A stretch of DNA of 64,000 nt from Camelus dromedarius (taxonomy: Eukaryota), in the NCBI RefSeq assembly GCF_036321535.1, contig NC_087447.1, positions 36,582,001-36,646,000 of the forward strand, written 5' to 3'. Shown here one piece after another: positions 1 through 14,103 of this stretch; position 1 is the stretch's first letter, and each line of letters begins with the position of its first letter. Both the position numbers and the translations under genes were made by a program. The notes beneath the pieces were generated by a model that was not told where the DNA came from, searched no databases, and worked only from the letters and a program-made list of their open reading frames with translations.

Positions 1-2210
1 TCAAAATGCACATATACTGATAGTTTTGCCCAGTCACAAAAAGAGGGCATACCACTCAAACATGCTTCTTCAGTGGAGACTTTACAATTGTTTAGAATGC
101 AATTGTTTAGAAATTTAGAATTGTTTAGATTACCCGGAATGATGAACTACTCCAATGGATACAACCTAATAAGTGAACCTTCCATTCCCAGCTGAACTGA
201 CAGAAATTGTTAGCAGAGCTCCAATTTTAAAGCATATCTTCTATGGCTGAAGGACAGCATGCTGGTAAATAAAGTGATCACTGATGGTAGAGAGGGGTGT
301 AAAGAATGAGTGAGGAGCATGTGCAATGTGGTGTCCACTAGCAGTGTGCTCAGGGGGAAGGTTTGGTGTTATCAGAGTCTTCAGCTGTTGTGGGACTTCA
401 GGCTCAGGAGTTGGATGAGAATGTCACAGAGCAGTTGGTTACAGGCAATACTTCTGACTTCATACTACAAGTCTCAATATCTGATTTATGTTATAAATGG
501 GAGAGCAATGATATATTAAGTTGTGGCTTGTGCTACCTCAAGAGAAGGCCTAATATTTCCCTCTCCCCAACCCCAAGTTTCTTAAACAAATGAAATTCTG
601 TTCTCATTTGTACCAAAAGGTCCATATGTTATTTCCTACAAACACTTAAATGATTTTTGCCCATCCATCTTTGTTTTGAATCCAGGCTTTGTGAATGCTG
701 TTTGCCTTTCTAGAGCAGGCTAGTTTTTCTTAATCGTTTGAAATTGGCTTATATTAGAAGATCACTTAGGCATTACTATACATATATTAGTGTAGCACAT
801 ATGGTGGCTTTTTAAGAAGTTCTGATGCTAGATGTTCAAAGCTTTGCCCAGGTAACATTTTTATGGATCCACACAGCCTTGCTTATACAGGAAAAGAAAA
901 TACTGAGTCATACAGATAATTAAGTGTGCTGTTAGTTACTTCTGTCAAATTTTCACGACAGTGAGTTGACTTGTAGTTGTGTTAACTTTCCTAGTGCCCT
1001 CACCTTAGAAACCTTGTGTATTATTTTTAGGCAACATCTGAATCACTTATATTCAGGAGAAGATAATAATATATGTAGGTTTAGAAACTGCCTATATTTT
1101 CCCCATTACTCATAACTCATAGTATTGACTTGATTATAACTCTTGTTGTCATCATATTAACAATGTGTTACAGCCACAAATAATCATTTTTTCACAAATA
1201 CTTCCAAGTGCTCTATTTGAAAATCCCAGACTTCATATATAGTAAATAAGGACATAATTTATAACTTTCACATTGAATTCTTGCTTTTTAAAATTTGTGC
1301 TTCCCCTTTTGTAAAGCATATGACCTACTTAATAAAGGCTAATAGTCAGTTGCCTTTTTTTTTTTTTTTAGTATTTTTAAATCTATATCATAAAAAGACT
1401 TCTCTGAAGTATTCACAGGGATGTATTTGTAGGCAATTTCCAACTTACTAATGGATAAATTTCTGAAAGTTTGTTGCTTGAAATTTGGAATGGATATTCT
1501 TACAGAAAACATGTTACAGATGGTGATTTGATTCCTTGAGCAACCTGTTGAAACCCTTTTACCTTATTATATGGCTGAATTATAATATTGAGAGTACCAA
1601 GTAGCTAACTACTATCTGTTAAGTGGTTTTGATATGAAATCTCATGTTGAAATCTAACTTTAATAACATTCTTTTGACAAATTTCTGATGGTTAGATTTG
1701 ACTTTTCCTACTTCCACTCTACCAGTGAACAGTAGTGAAAATGAAACACCCACTGAAACTGAATTTGGGAAGACTTCCTGATGTCCCTAGTCACAGAAAG
1801 AGAGTAACTGGGTATCCTGGCTGAAGTAGGAGGGAATGGATGACCCTGGTGGCCTTGGTATGGAGATGTATGTCTGTTTACACGAAAGACTTCCCATTGG
1901 AGGTTTATATGTTTTGAGGGTGAAAAAGGAGCATTTTCTGGTTTTACACTGATGAGCCAAAAGTGTGGAGAAGATCAGTACTTATGCTCATTCACCATGC
2001 TTTACAGTGTATTCCAAGTATTTTCATTGTATACCTTCTTCTTATTCCCCCACCCACTCCCATAATTTTGGCTTTTAAATGGTAGCACTGGTAATAGTAG
2101 TTCAGATTCTAATATCAGAACAGTTTTGTAATGTTTTATTGATAAGGTCTCATATAAGATGAGATGCTATATACATGTAAGAAGCATCTAAGTTTGACTC
2201 AAGGTTAAAT

Positions 2211-2358
2211 ACTGTTGGTTCTCCATATCCGAGTGTTCTGCATCTGTGGATTCAACCAACCGCAGATCAAAAATACTCAGAAAAAGAAATTACAGAAAGT
2301 TCCAAAAAGCAAAACCTGAATTTCCCATACACTGGAAACCATTTACATAACATTACTG
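2211..2358 (-). mobile_element. MER2-like TcMar-Tigger DNA transposon fragment (one terminus)
   Basis: ctgttggttctccatatccgagtgttctgcatctgtggattcaaccaaccgcagatcaaaaatactcag...aaagttccaaaaagcaaaacctgaattt resembles the MER2/Tigger terminal sequence; preceded by TA. Confidence 0.8.
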
Positions 2359-3676
2359 TCTAACTACATTATGTTCTTTAAGAGTATCTGAAGAAAGTCA
2401 TATGAAAGTGCAGATAGGTAATGGAAAGTTTATTTGGTCACATGTAAAACATCATCTTGAACTTGAGCAGTTGAATTCTATTCATCCTTTTTACTTCAAA
2501 TCTGGCAAATTATGTATTTTTTTTTGATTGCCAACGGGAAAGTATGAAAAAAGGAGAGTAGTGGGGAGAAAATGAGAGAAGTGGTATTTTAAAAGGCTCT
2601 AAAGATTTAAGCTGTCAGAGAAAACAGTTTGATGAATTATGGGTAAAATAGAAAGAATTTAGTTTCCCAAAGAAATACATGGCTCAAAGTGTAGGGGAAA
2701 AGTGCTTGGCAATACAAACCATGTATTTTTCTTAACCTGGGGAGTTTGAAAAAAAATGAAAAAGAAGCATTTGGCAAAGTGAAAACTCAGCTGACTTCAT
2801 GCCTACCAAGTGAAAAATCTGATTCTTTATCATCTAAGCACATAGTTGAGTAACTCACAAACAGAGCTACCCAGTGTATAAGTTGCAATGGCAAGAAGCC
2901 AACAGTGAAATCAAACTCATAAGCACCCTATAGAAAACCCCTCAAATTACTGCTGTGCTGTTGCCAGCTGTACTGCCAGGGAACAAGAGCTGTACAGATT
3001 TCTATGGAATGACTGGGTTACTTAACACAGCTTGATTGGCTCTGTTCCTGCCCCTGTTCTCTTTGGCTGACAGCTGACCACCATACTGGTTTGGTTTGAA
3101 ATAAGACTGAAATGAACGTAACCATTTATATGCACCTTCCACTTGAACACTTCTCTCCACTGCTGCCACCCCAACTTCCACACATACCCTATGTACCTTG
3201 CAAAAGGATAGATAAATATAACTGAGTTTCTTTAAGTTAAAGCATACTGGGTGGCACTTTGCTGTCCGGTTATTCCACAAATCCATCAGATTTTTAGGAG
3301 AAGAATCGTTTCCTCAGTCTTTTATTTGTAAGTGCCTGAATTTGTTGAATGTGAAAAATACCTCAAATCTTTTACTTTTATTAACTTTTCTTCATTTTAC
3401 TTCACTGCTTGCTTCATGATTCTAGAACTAGAATAGTTATTCAGAAGCCATCTAATCTCTCTCTGTTGTCCTTGGGTAAACTCTGATAGGTGGCTACTTC
3501 TGTGTTGTAGTATTTCAAATAAGAAGATATCAAAAGATATCCCAAAGGGCACTAGATAGCTTCAACTGCTACACTGCATGAATTAAGAGAAACTGTTGAA
3601 GGAGCGAGGTGGTTGGTTGGCTCTTTCCCTGTTAGACAAACGCTTATGGATTCACATGTTCTAGTTTCCATTAAGT

Positions 3677-3962
3677 CAGGAGGCTTTCAAACATTTTTGG
3701 TTGTGACTCAGAGTAGGAAATGAATTTATAATCTGACCCAGTATGCAGTCTAATACAACTGAAATAAAAAGTTTTCACGAAAAATACTTATCCTTAATAT
3801 GCGCAATGTATTTTATTTTCTCTTTTCTTCCCTGTCCTTTCCTCTTCTGTTGCTTCCTCTCTCCTCCATTCCCTTCTCTCCTTTCCTTTTTAATAAAAAA
3901 TGCTGGCTGGCACTCAGAAAATTGATTTTATCACTCATTCAACCCATAGTTTGAAAAATATT
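3677..3962. mobile_element. hAT-Charlie MITE (subfamily uncertain)
   Basis: Degenerate termini caggaggctttcaaac...gtttgaaaaata; internal actgaaataaaaagttttcacgaaaaatacttatcc typical of an old Charlie-type MITE. Confidence 0.6.
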
Positions 3963-4177
3963 TCATTAAAGCAGGCACTTCCTAAAAAAGTCTTGATCTT
4001 CATATTTTTTGGTCTACCATTTTTAAAAAGTTGAAGTATAGTTCATGAACAGGTATATTGTTGGTTTTAAACAATGAGTCTCCTTCACTCATTGTTGAAG
4101 TGAATGGATACTAATTCTGCTGCCTGTTTATTATTAGAAAGATACATTTTGTACTCCACTAGTTGCATATATAATCT

Positions 4178-4430
4178 GTTAATAACAGCATGTATTGAGT
4201 GCTTAATTGTGCCAAATGTTGTGTTAAATGCTTTATATATACTTGACTCGAGAATTTTACTATTTAATCCTCATGATTATCCTGTGAGGTAGAAATTGTT
4301 ATTACACCTATTTTTATAGTTGATGAAATTGAGGCTCAGAGTGGTATATCAGCTTTCCTGAATAACATACTAAAATGATAGTGGCCAAATTAAAAATCAT
4401 GATTGTTTTACTCCATGACCATACTTTTTC
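4178..4430 (-). mobile_element. MIR SINE
   Basis: gtattgagtgcttaattgtgcc...tttaatcctcatgattatcctgtgaggtag...gatgaaattgaggctcagag = reverse complement of MIR core. Confidence 0.85.
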
Positions 4431-5209
4431 TCTCAACTCTAATAATGTCTTAATTTTAGCTCAAAAAAAAGTTAAGTGCTTTTGTGAAGAGTATATATCA
4501 TAAAGTAAAGAAAAACAGACTTGTGATGATGATTGCCACATATTTTTAATAATGTAAATTGAAACTTCTTGAATATAAACTCCTTGAAATAAAATAATTT
4601 TCATTCTGTAAAGAAAAATAGAAAAAGAAAGGATAGGAGAAAGAAAACAAAAAAAGCCTCTCCAGAGCCATGAATAGAAAAACTTGATGCTCTGTTTAAA
4701 TCTTGTATAATTGAATCTTGTAAAAGTCTTCTTTTTAAGGAAAAAAGAAATACATTACATGGAATTACATCTTATGCTACAGGCTGGGATATTTTAGCAA
4801 GTCAGAGGAACTCAAACATGAATGAAGAGTGGAATTTTCCTTTCGTTTTCTATAATAACTATGTTTGTTGAAGAGAAAAACGGAGGAAAAAATGACCATC
4901 GTGACTGGTTTTCAAGAAAAACTTGTTTATATGTGTAATACATTGGAGAAATTGTTTGGGATCACTTTGACTATGCAGAAATATGACCACTGAAATTCTT
5001 AAGCAAGGTGTGGGGCTGTCGGCTCCATGAAACTAATTAAGTCAAACAAGAGTAAGTTTTTGTGAAGGTAATTCACTTACCTCATTTTTTCAATCTCTCT
5101 CTGTAAAGTGGTAAGCATTTTAGAAAGAAAATAATGGGTACAGTTGGCTTTTATAACCTCTTTTTTCCCCGTCCCACCCACTGCCACATTCCTAGGTTTA
5201 ACACTAGAC

Positions 5210-5362
5210 AGTTTCTCTCTTCCCTCCTTTCTCTGTCTCTTTCTCTTCCCTGTTTCCCTTCTCTTCTCCTCCTGTGACTTTCCTCTTGTCCCCTTTTCTC
5301 TCTCTCTGCTAATCTCCTCTCTACCTTATCTCCTCTGCCCCTTCTTTCATTTTTTCATTCTT
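5210..5362. repeat. CT-rich low-complexity pyrimidine tract
   Basis: ~150 nt almost entirely C/T on the + strand. Confidence 0.85.
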
Positions 5363-6417
5363 ACAGTCCTTATAATCTCCATTATCACGTTCATTCTTGT
5401 ACTGGAAAGATGATTCTTGAATCTTCTAAGTAAGGTGCAAATGGATCTTGTTTCTGTTTATTAAAATGATGATCTAGAAAAATAACATCCTTTCTACCTT
5501 CTTGCATCTCTCTCTCTCCCATAAGCCAGACATACACTTTCAGAAGAAATCTATTGTCCTATTTTTGGAAAATGTTGAAATATTGCTTTCTACTTTGTAT
5601 CTTCTTGGGAGTAAGATGTACCTATGGTCATTTTATGACCATTAATGAGAAAACCAAAGATTCCAAACTAAAAATTGGCATTGATCCAGGTACTTCTGCC
5701 ACACTAACTATAAATGAACCTTTGTAGACACACTTTTATACAAGGAGATGGACTTGTTCAATATGTAATTGCTATGTGATGCTACCCCAGAGGAGAATTT
5801 GAAAGCAGGCCGGTGTGCTAGATCTAAGCCTCATTGAACTCAGGATTCTAAAACCAGCCTCCTCAAGGGTACTCAGACAAGGTGGAATAAGATGAATAAG
5901 ATGAACTTGGATTCAAAGGTACTACAACAAAAAACATACTTTGAAGTCCAGAGGAATTTAAGAAAGAGTACTTTCAGTGATGGGAGAATGTAATAAGAAC
6001 ATGATCAGTAATAAGTACATGATTGGAAGATGCTGATGAAACTCCTAAATACTTCTATGAGTAGACAGATTTGGTTTATGAACATGGATGCAAAAACACT
6101 CACAGATCCTGGCTGCAACCATGTTGGGCAAATACACAAATATACAAATAATGGGGCAATTTTGAGTGTGTTGGTAGAGTGAGAGGCTGAACAAGAAATA
6201 AAGCATATGTATTTTAGATAAGACTGGAGATAAAAGAGAGCAACAATTCACTATTAGCTGGCAAATAATTTTTAGAGTTGGTGGATTATATGTTACATTT
6301 TCCCTGATTTATTAAGTATAAAGTAATGGATCTATGTTACTCTGGCATTGTCTTGTTTATATATTTTAATGTGAATCTTTAGATAGAATCCAAGCTTATA
6401 CATTGGATTCTATTCTT

Positions 6418-7543
6418 TTTGTTTCCTTCTTTTTAAAATTGAAGTATAGTCAGTTTACAATGTTGTGTCAATTTCTAGTGTACAGCATAATGTTTCAGTC
6501 ATATATATACATGCATATATTTTTTCATATTCTTTTCATTATAGGTTACTACAACAAATTGAATATAGTTCTCTGTGCTACACAGTAGAAATGTCTTTAT
6601 CTATTTTATATATAGTAGTTAGTATATGCAAATCTCAAACTCCCAATTTATCCCTTCCCAACTCCTTTTTTCCTGGTAACCATAAGTTTGTTTTATATTT
6701 CAGTGAGTCTGTTTTTTTTTTGTAAATAAGTTCATTTGTGTCTTTTTTTTTTTTTTTTAGATCCACATATAAATGGTATCATATGATATTTTTCTTTCTC
6801 TTTCTGGCTTACTTCACTTAGAATGATGATTTCCAGGTCCACCAATATTGCTGTAAATGACTATTCTTTTTATGGCTGAGTAGTAATCCATTATATAAAT
6901 ATACCACAACGTCTTTATCCAGTCATCTGTTGATGGACATTTATGTTGTTTCCATGTCTTGGCTGTTGTAAATTGTGCTGCAGTGAACATTGGGGTACAT
7001 GTATCTTTTTGAATTAGAGTTCCCTCCAGATACATGCCCAGGAGTGGGATTGCTGGATCATATGGTAAGTCTATTTTTAGTTTTTTAAGGAATCTCCATA
7101 CTGTTTTCCGTAATGGCTGAACCAAACTACATTCCCACCAACAATGTAGGAGGGTTCTCTTTCCTCTATACCCTCTCTAGGATTTATCATTTGTGGACTT
7201 TTAAAATCATGGCCATTCTAACTTGTTTGAGGTGATACCTCATTGTAATTTTGATTTGTATGTGTCTGATAATTAGCAATATTGAACATTTTTTTCATGT
7301 GCCTATTGGCCATTTGTATGTTTTCATTGAAGAACTGCTTGTTTAGTTCTTCTGCCAATTTTTGGATTGGGTTGTTTGTTTTTGTTAATTAAGTTGTAGA
7401 GCTGTTTGTATATCTAGAAATTAAGCCCTTGTCAGTCACATCACTTGCAAATATTTTCTCTCATTCCATAGGTTGTTTTCTTTTGTTTTGTTTATGGTTT
7501 CCTTTGCTGTATGATAGCTTATAAGTTTAATTAGGTTCCACTT
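6418..7543 (-). mobile_element. 5'-truncated LINE-1 (3' end of ORF2 plus 3'UTR)
   Basis: ORF 6814-7125(-) [29 protein letters not shown]...TCTPMF...KCPSTDDWIK is L1 ORF2 C-terminus; T-rich tail at ~6415-6435; degenerate TSD cattggattctattctt (6401-6417) / aatcagattttattctt (7544-7560). Confidence 0.95.
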
Positions 7544-8061
7544 AATCAGATTTTATTCTTCATTTAGGATTTTTCTGGATCTTAGGATCACATAATGCTA
7601 TCAAGATATTGCCTCCCTAAAGCACCACTGGTTTTAATAGCCCTTAAGTTAACTAAAATCAATGAATTTTTCTGATAGGGAAAATATGAATTTGATTCCT
7701 ATGTGAAAGTTAACTTTGTTTTATTCTATGCTTTGGGCATAGATTCAGAATCTAACTCTGGTCAGTCTCCTTGGTCACAAGGAGAAATTGGTGGAGTGAA
7801 AATGGATACATGACCAGCAGTCTACACTTCTACTTAGGCAGACCTCATCTCCACTCTTTATCACTTTTAATTTCACAGTTTGTCATTCAACTATTTCTAA
7901 CAAAGATAGATACATCACTTTTTACTATTTTTAACATCTTAAATATCTACAGAGTGGAAGCCAATTGTGCACACAGTGTCAACATGGTTCCCTAACAATA
8001 GTCTGCTTTAGGACATATTCTCTGGGTCATTTGTGTTTCAGAGGAAGAGGGACCAAAGAGA

Positions 8062-8190
8062 AGTAACATTTATTGAGTACCTACATATGTTATCTCATTT
8101 AATTCTTACAAGAACTCTGAGGTAGCAATTACATTTAGATAAACTAAGCTTGGAATCAGGAAACAACCCCATTAGAAAAGCAAAATTGCC
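8062..8190 (-). mobile_element. MIR fragment
   Basis: taacatttattgagtacctac...tctcatttaattcttacaagaactctgaggtag. Confidence 0.7.
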
Positions 8191-8845
8191 ACAGATTTGT
8201 ATTTAAAGGACAACACTTGAAGAAAATGCCAACTTATCCTTGTCATTATAATAGGCTGAAATGAAAAATAAGTGAGATAAAGATACAGTGAGAAATGCAA
8301 ATCATGGGACATGAACCATTACCGTTTGCCTCACCTCCACAGTGAATTATTGGAAATAATACATCTAAAAGAGGAAATGGCCCTGTAATTAGTTTGACTT
8401 TATAACAAGCTATCTTAGAAAAGACAAGCTGCTTTCTTCTGCTCAAGTGAGGAAACATTTCTTGTTCTAATTTCCTTTCATGTGTATTGACTAGATAAGG
8501 GTGCAGAGGTAGAACCACAGGCATAAACTATTTTTAATATATTCATTTAATTTGACTCCTGGGAAGGAATCTTTTGATGCAAAGGGTCTTTGATGACAAA
8601 AGATATCCTAAAATGACACTGTCCCACTCCAAATTTCATTAGAAAATAATTACCAGTCTTTAAACAAAATACCCAAAAGATAAATGAGGTTAAATGTTTA
8701 GAAAATATAGTTGAACTATGTTTTCCTTTTTTTTTTTTTTTACTTAAAAAATTGTGAAGATTCCATCAAGCGTCTAGCACTGTGGTTGCTATATAACAGA
8801 CAATCAATAAATACTATTGAAATGAAATGTGGAAATAAATATATG

Positions 8846-9310
8846 CATGTTCATTTATTTATTCTTTTTTAATCAATAGACATTTACTGATGGCTTAATA
8901 TGTGCCAGATAGATATGTTTGAGATTTAAATGTGAATAGCACACTAAAGCCAGCCTTTAAGTAGCTTAAAAATCTAATGGAGAGACAGGTAAAGAGAGAA
9001 ATTATAATAACATGTTAGACTTAGAATTGAGATATAAATGAAATAGGATACACAAAAATTTGAAATTTGCCAAAGAGAGTTTGGGGAAGGCTTTATTGAT
9101 TAGGTCAACATTTGAGCTGCTTCTTAAAGGCATGAAAAGGGAGTTACTTAGATGGGATGTGGAGATGGAAAGAATGCTCTAAGCTGAGGGTATAGCATTT
9201 GTAAAAGCACCTAGACATTGAAACAGCCTGGTGTGTTTTAAGAATTGTAAGAATTCAGTATCATTGCCACATGTGGGGCAGAAAGGAAGGGGCAAGGGAT
9301 TAGGTTAAAA
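8846..9310 (-). mobile_element. L2 LINE 3' fragment
   Basis: ttcatttatttattc...catttactgatggcttaatatgtgccaga...ggaaggcttt...tttgagctg...cattgtaaaagcacc pattern of L2 3' end. Confidence 0.7.
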
Positions 9311-12300
9311 AAAAAGTTTTTGGTGGTACAGTTGGTTATTTTCTGATATAACCTGAAAAATGTTCAATTTTGGCTAATTAATGTTAGTAAGATGGGCATT
9401 TTTTAGGAAATTACCCATTTTTAAAGAATCTTCATGGTATATATTTTAGTGCCTTTACTATAGCAAATGAGATATTAAGCTGTTAAAATGATGAAGTTGT
9501 GCAGAGTGTGATGTGATATGAAAGTAGTTTGGAATGATGAAAAAATTGCTGGTCACCTTTCCTTAAAATGGTCCTTTCTGAGTTGCTTTTTGAACTTACC
9601 TATACTTTATCAGCCAATTAATTTGCTAGACAACTTGTAGGTCAGTCAAATGGTTCTAAAGCCTAAGAAGTAAAAGCACTGGATACTAACAGAAATACAC
9701 TTTATGGTTAATAGCTTTTATTTCAGTTTTTAGGAGAAAAATAAGAATATACAAAATGTATGAATACATATCATCTCTCTAGTTTCAGGAAAATGTTAGC
9801 TGGGTATATCTTTGGCTTACTCATTTCTGTGAGCTACTTATGATACATACTTTTAAGGCTTTATTCCAGATGCAGGTTTCATTTTCACAGAGGAGAAGGT
9901 CAGGCTTTACAATGTTGGTCATTAAAATTTTTCTTTTTCTTCCAGAGAAACACATCAGAGGTTCCAGGATTCATTTTAGAGAAATTATGGTTTCTTCAAC
10001 TTTGAATTGCTTTGATAGGTCACTGCCAGATTATAGAGAGCATGATGTGCTTTACAAGTGGAAAAGTTTTCCTCCAAGTAATAGCAGCAGTGAAAATTGT
10101 CAGAGAAACAACCAATTAATCTCTGCTCCTTTACAGCTGTTTAATGCAATGCATAACTAAAAGTCCTGTTAAATTAATTAATGATTTCAATTATGAACTT
10201 TTCTCCAAAATGTTATGATTCGTATCAGACTGATAATGCAGTGACCTGGGAGTGTGAAATCTGTGTTATGAAGAGAGTCGCCAGTTAATTGATTCACAAA
10301 TTATTTAAAGTTTGTTGCACTCAGGGGAGTGCTCAGTTTCATGACAGTCATTTCTTAAGGTGTACAAACTCCTTTTTCACCTTAAGAATGTCTTCAGTTA
10401 TTAAGCATGATAAAATGCCAACATGTTTCTGGGCCTGTGAGTAATCTTAACATTTATGACTTAGAATCTGTAGGTGAATATGTTGGAAGGAGGAAGAAAT
10501 TAGCTAAATTATCAGTGATTCTCATTTGTGGCAGTTTTTTTTTTTTGTTATTGTCGCTTTTGATTTAGTCATTTTAAATAGTTTTGTAAACATCATCCCA
10601 TAATTTTTTTGCATTTTAATGCATTGAGCATATTTTCTGTTAACGATAAAATAGTTATCATTTTTAAGAAATTTTGAATGGGTTAATAACACAATATAAA
10701 TTGTTTTGATAGTTGGTGTCTAAAGCATTTGGATTGCTGGTAGGTCTAAAATGCCAGCCTTAAAATAGAGGAAGTGCTGCTTCTCAGTGCAAGAACATTA
10801 ATTTCTATAGGACACCTTGAGTCTTTTTTATAGTATACAGGAAAAAATGAACAGAGTCTTATGTACTTGCTTCTAGTCTCATTATTTTACCCATAACTTA
10901 ACTAACAAATAAAAGTGTATAAATGTACAGGGAGAAGGGAGGAAATCAATAATATCATTAATATTTTATAATACATTTATTAAAGTTTAAATAATGTTTC
11001 TGTGCCGAGCTTGGGCTGATTTCAGAGTGGATGATATGACCATAGTGTGAGTCTTTTCTTGACTGCGCATGGCTAGCTTGCTGAGGAGGAAGGGAGAGAG
11101 GTGATACCTGAGGAGAGACTCTTAAGCAGAAGGAGAAGGAAGCAGGAAAGTCTCTGGCCATGAGTGGTGGCTATATTATTAGTGGGCTCCATAATCCTTT
11201 CCATTCCATACACATATTGGGACTTAGTGACTAGCTAAAAAATCTAGTGTTTTTAGGATGTTTGAACAGTATCGTTAGCAGTTTCACTCCAATTTGATAG
11301 GCAGTGTAAGAAAGACATTTTTAATTTAATATGAAAAAGGTTTTTCTTTAGAGAAATTTGTCTCTCAGCTTTGAATTGATACATGTATTTACAGAATGGA
11401 GCAGGAAGCTTGTATTTTGGACAAACACTATGTTTGTAAATTTCACTTATCCTGGTGATTCTTCTGTTTTATTTTTCTCATTTTTTTGACCCAAGAAAAT
11501 TGCCCAAAGAGAAGATAAATAGAGAAATAGTATTATTAAAAATAAGTTTATCTATGTTAAACTTGCTGCAGGGCAAAAAGAAATGGACTTGAAAGGGAAG
11601 TAAATTTATACTAATTTTTGCATTGTAGGGAATGTACTATTTCAGACATTGACTGACTGCTTCTGTTTTCTAAAATTAAGGAGCCTATAATCTCAGCACC
11701 ATTAACAAGTGCTGTCATTCAGATACACAGTGTCTGGCTGATTTAAATAAAATGAAATGAAGATAGTTGTTTCTGGTCCCTTGGCTTCACTCATTGCCAT
11801 AAACATATGCTCTGCGTCCCGCTTCTTTCCATCTTATTTATGACTTTAATTTGTTGTGTGGGCTGCGCTAGAAATTAAATTTAATATAATTCTCCAAGGG
11901 ACCCTGTCATATAATAACATGGTAATTTCTGTGTATCCTTTTGAAAAATGAGGAAATTAATTCTTCCTGACATGTTCTAATTATTCCAGTGTGAACGGCA
12001 AATCCGTTTTTCCTAGCCCCTGAAGTGTTATAGGCAAATGGCTGGTGTTCAAAGCTGAGGTGCTAATGCTGACCAGCAGTGCGTTTAATTTGAAACATGA
12101 GCAGACACCTTTCAACACACCTTTGTAATATTGGAGTACTTTACAGAAATTAATTCACTACTTATTTGGCAGCTTAGCCTTGGGGTTATGTTTTTTTATT
12201 CATCAATACTATAGTCATGTTAGCATAATGTTTTCTGTTTCCTTCAGTGCTTGGTGTCTGTGTATGGAACTTAAAGTGTGCAATGGATAGTTCAACTGTA

Positions 12301-13349
12301 TGAATGAAAGAGAATCCACACACTTCAGAAATACCAGTTTGTGTTTACACTTTATAGGGAGGTGTAGTAAAGTCTTGAATGTTAACTTAATTATAGTCTA
12401 TGGTTAGCAGCTTTAACTGAAATTACATAGTGTAGGAATTATTGAAACAATCTTGCTGTGAAAAGACTATATATACTCTGCTGCCCTGCTATAAATTTCA
12501 GTTGTGAAAATTCAATTTATTACATGGGGAATGATAGCATGAAAAGTCAGTTTATGAATAAAACTTATGGAATAGGAATCTCACGTTCTGAACTCTGCCT
12601 GGAAGGAAATAGCTATACCTTGGGAGATAAAGGATTAGAGCCACGTTTTTGTGTACTGTTGGCCATATGAGGTGTGTGACTTACTCATTTGGATCATTTG
12701 GACTTATTCATAGAGGATCTATGTAGTATTTTTAGAGGAAAAGCAAAAAGAACTTTCCAATATTTGGCCTTTTATCTGTAAACTTTATTATAAACATTTT
12801 TCTAATCAGGTCAGTCATTTGTGTCAGCCCTAATACAATCCCTTTATTTCAGTGAGCAGTTCATAAATACTATTATATATTGGCCATTTATTGTTATAAC
12901 TGATGAGAAAAATTAATGCATGAGATCCTATTTAAAACAAAAGACAGAAATACAATTAACTTAAATAAAAGGAATAGAGTTGTATTTGGAGGGCTGTTAA
13001 TCAAGGGTCTCTATTTATGTTTCTCTTTATTACATTCCCTTTAAATTTTAACATAAATAGAAATGGGAATGGTAGTAAATAATTATCCTGATAAATAACA
13101 TTAATATTATCCATATTTTTTGCTGACCATTAAGCTGCTATATAAAATTGTATTCTTTCCATTAATCTACTGGGGGCTACTGTCAGATTTAGATTATGGG
13201 CAGGAAGGAATATACTTAAGACTTTTCTGTATTAGCTGTTCCTTATACTAGACTGATGGAAAAAAATAGGCATTTTTTGACTGAAAACTGGGGAGAAAGA
13301 TTTAGTTGTCCTAGCCTAGACCATACACTATACAAGTTGCTAAAGATAA

Positions 13350-13570
13350 CTTCACTTTATACCTTTGTCATCCTGTGGGGCTCTCCCTGTGTTTCTGTGT
13401 CTTCAGTTGGCTATCAACTTATAAGGAAACTAATTATATTTGATTAGGAGCCCACTCTACTTCATTTAATTGATTTTATTTGCAGCTATTTTCAAATAAA
13501 GTTTCATTCTCAGGTACTGAGGGTTAGGACTTCAACATCTTTTGGGGGAGGGGCACAATTCAACCCAACA
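13350..13570 (-). mobile_element. MLT1 (ERVL-MaLR) LTR fragment, MLT1B/C-like
   Basis: cattctcaggtactgagggttaggacttcaacatcttttgggggaggggcacaattcaacccaaca is the reverse complement of the MLT1 LTR 5' end. Confidence 0.85.
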
Positions 13571-13879
13571 GTAGGTATTTATGGATTACTTTATCTTTTA
13601 AGCTGTAATATAGCTCTGAGGTACTTTTAAAGTACATTTCTTCTACTGTAGTATTGTTTGTTCATTAACTTTGCAAATGAAACATTGATAACTTGGAATC
13701 TTTGGCATATCAAACTAACATTTGTCATGCTATGTCTAGTTGAGGCCTGTCACCTCCTTCACTCACTTAGTCTTTCAGTGCAAGCAGGGGGTTCCATGTG
13801 CTATTATGTTAATTCACAAAATACTTGTTCAGTACCCACAGTAGCCTAGAACCATAATAGGGACTGCAGACTGTTGGAG

Positions 13880-14103
13880 CACAGCTTCCCAACTAGTGCT
13901 GTGCAAAGTTTGTGCTTTAGGTTACAAGTGTTTCAAGGTATTTATCCTTCCAGACTTTAGGGGTCAATAGAGTTTGGGGTGGCTGGAGCCTTGGGTCAAG
14001 AACCTTTAGACATGACTGTCCTTGAGAGTTTCCTCCAGCATGCCATACAGATATTAACATTTTTATCTGCATGCTATGAAATATAAAAGATGGGGAGCAC
14101 TAC
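13880..14103 (+). mobile_element. MER112-like hAT-Charlie MITE
   Basis: cagcttcccaac...ggttacaagtgtttcaaggtatttatcc...catgccatacagatattaacattttt...atggggagcacta with inverted termini. Confidence 0.65.

Noticed and set aside
85..129. Three copies of aattgtttaga
   Set aside because: Local slippage duplication, not an array with spacers
5905..5951. Imperfect inverted repeat ttggattcaaaggta / tactttgaagtccag
   Set aside because: Needs two bulges; within chance expectation
6403..7125. ORFs as host genes
   Set aside because: Within a truncated L1; ORF2 remnant is frameshifted
9840..10160. 106-aa + strand ORF
   Set aside because: No recognisable domain and no convincing acceptor-donor pair; length attainable by chance
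11026..11052. 21-nt microexon candidate (cag|...|gtgagt)
   Set aside because: Poor polypyrimidine tract and weak exonic donor context
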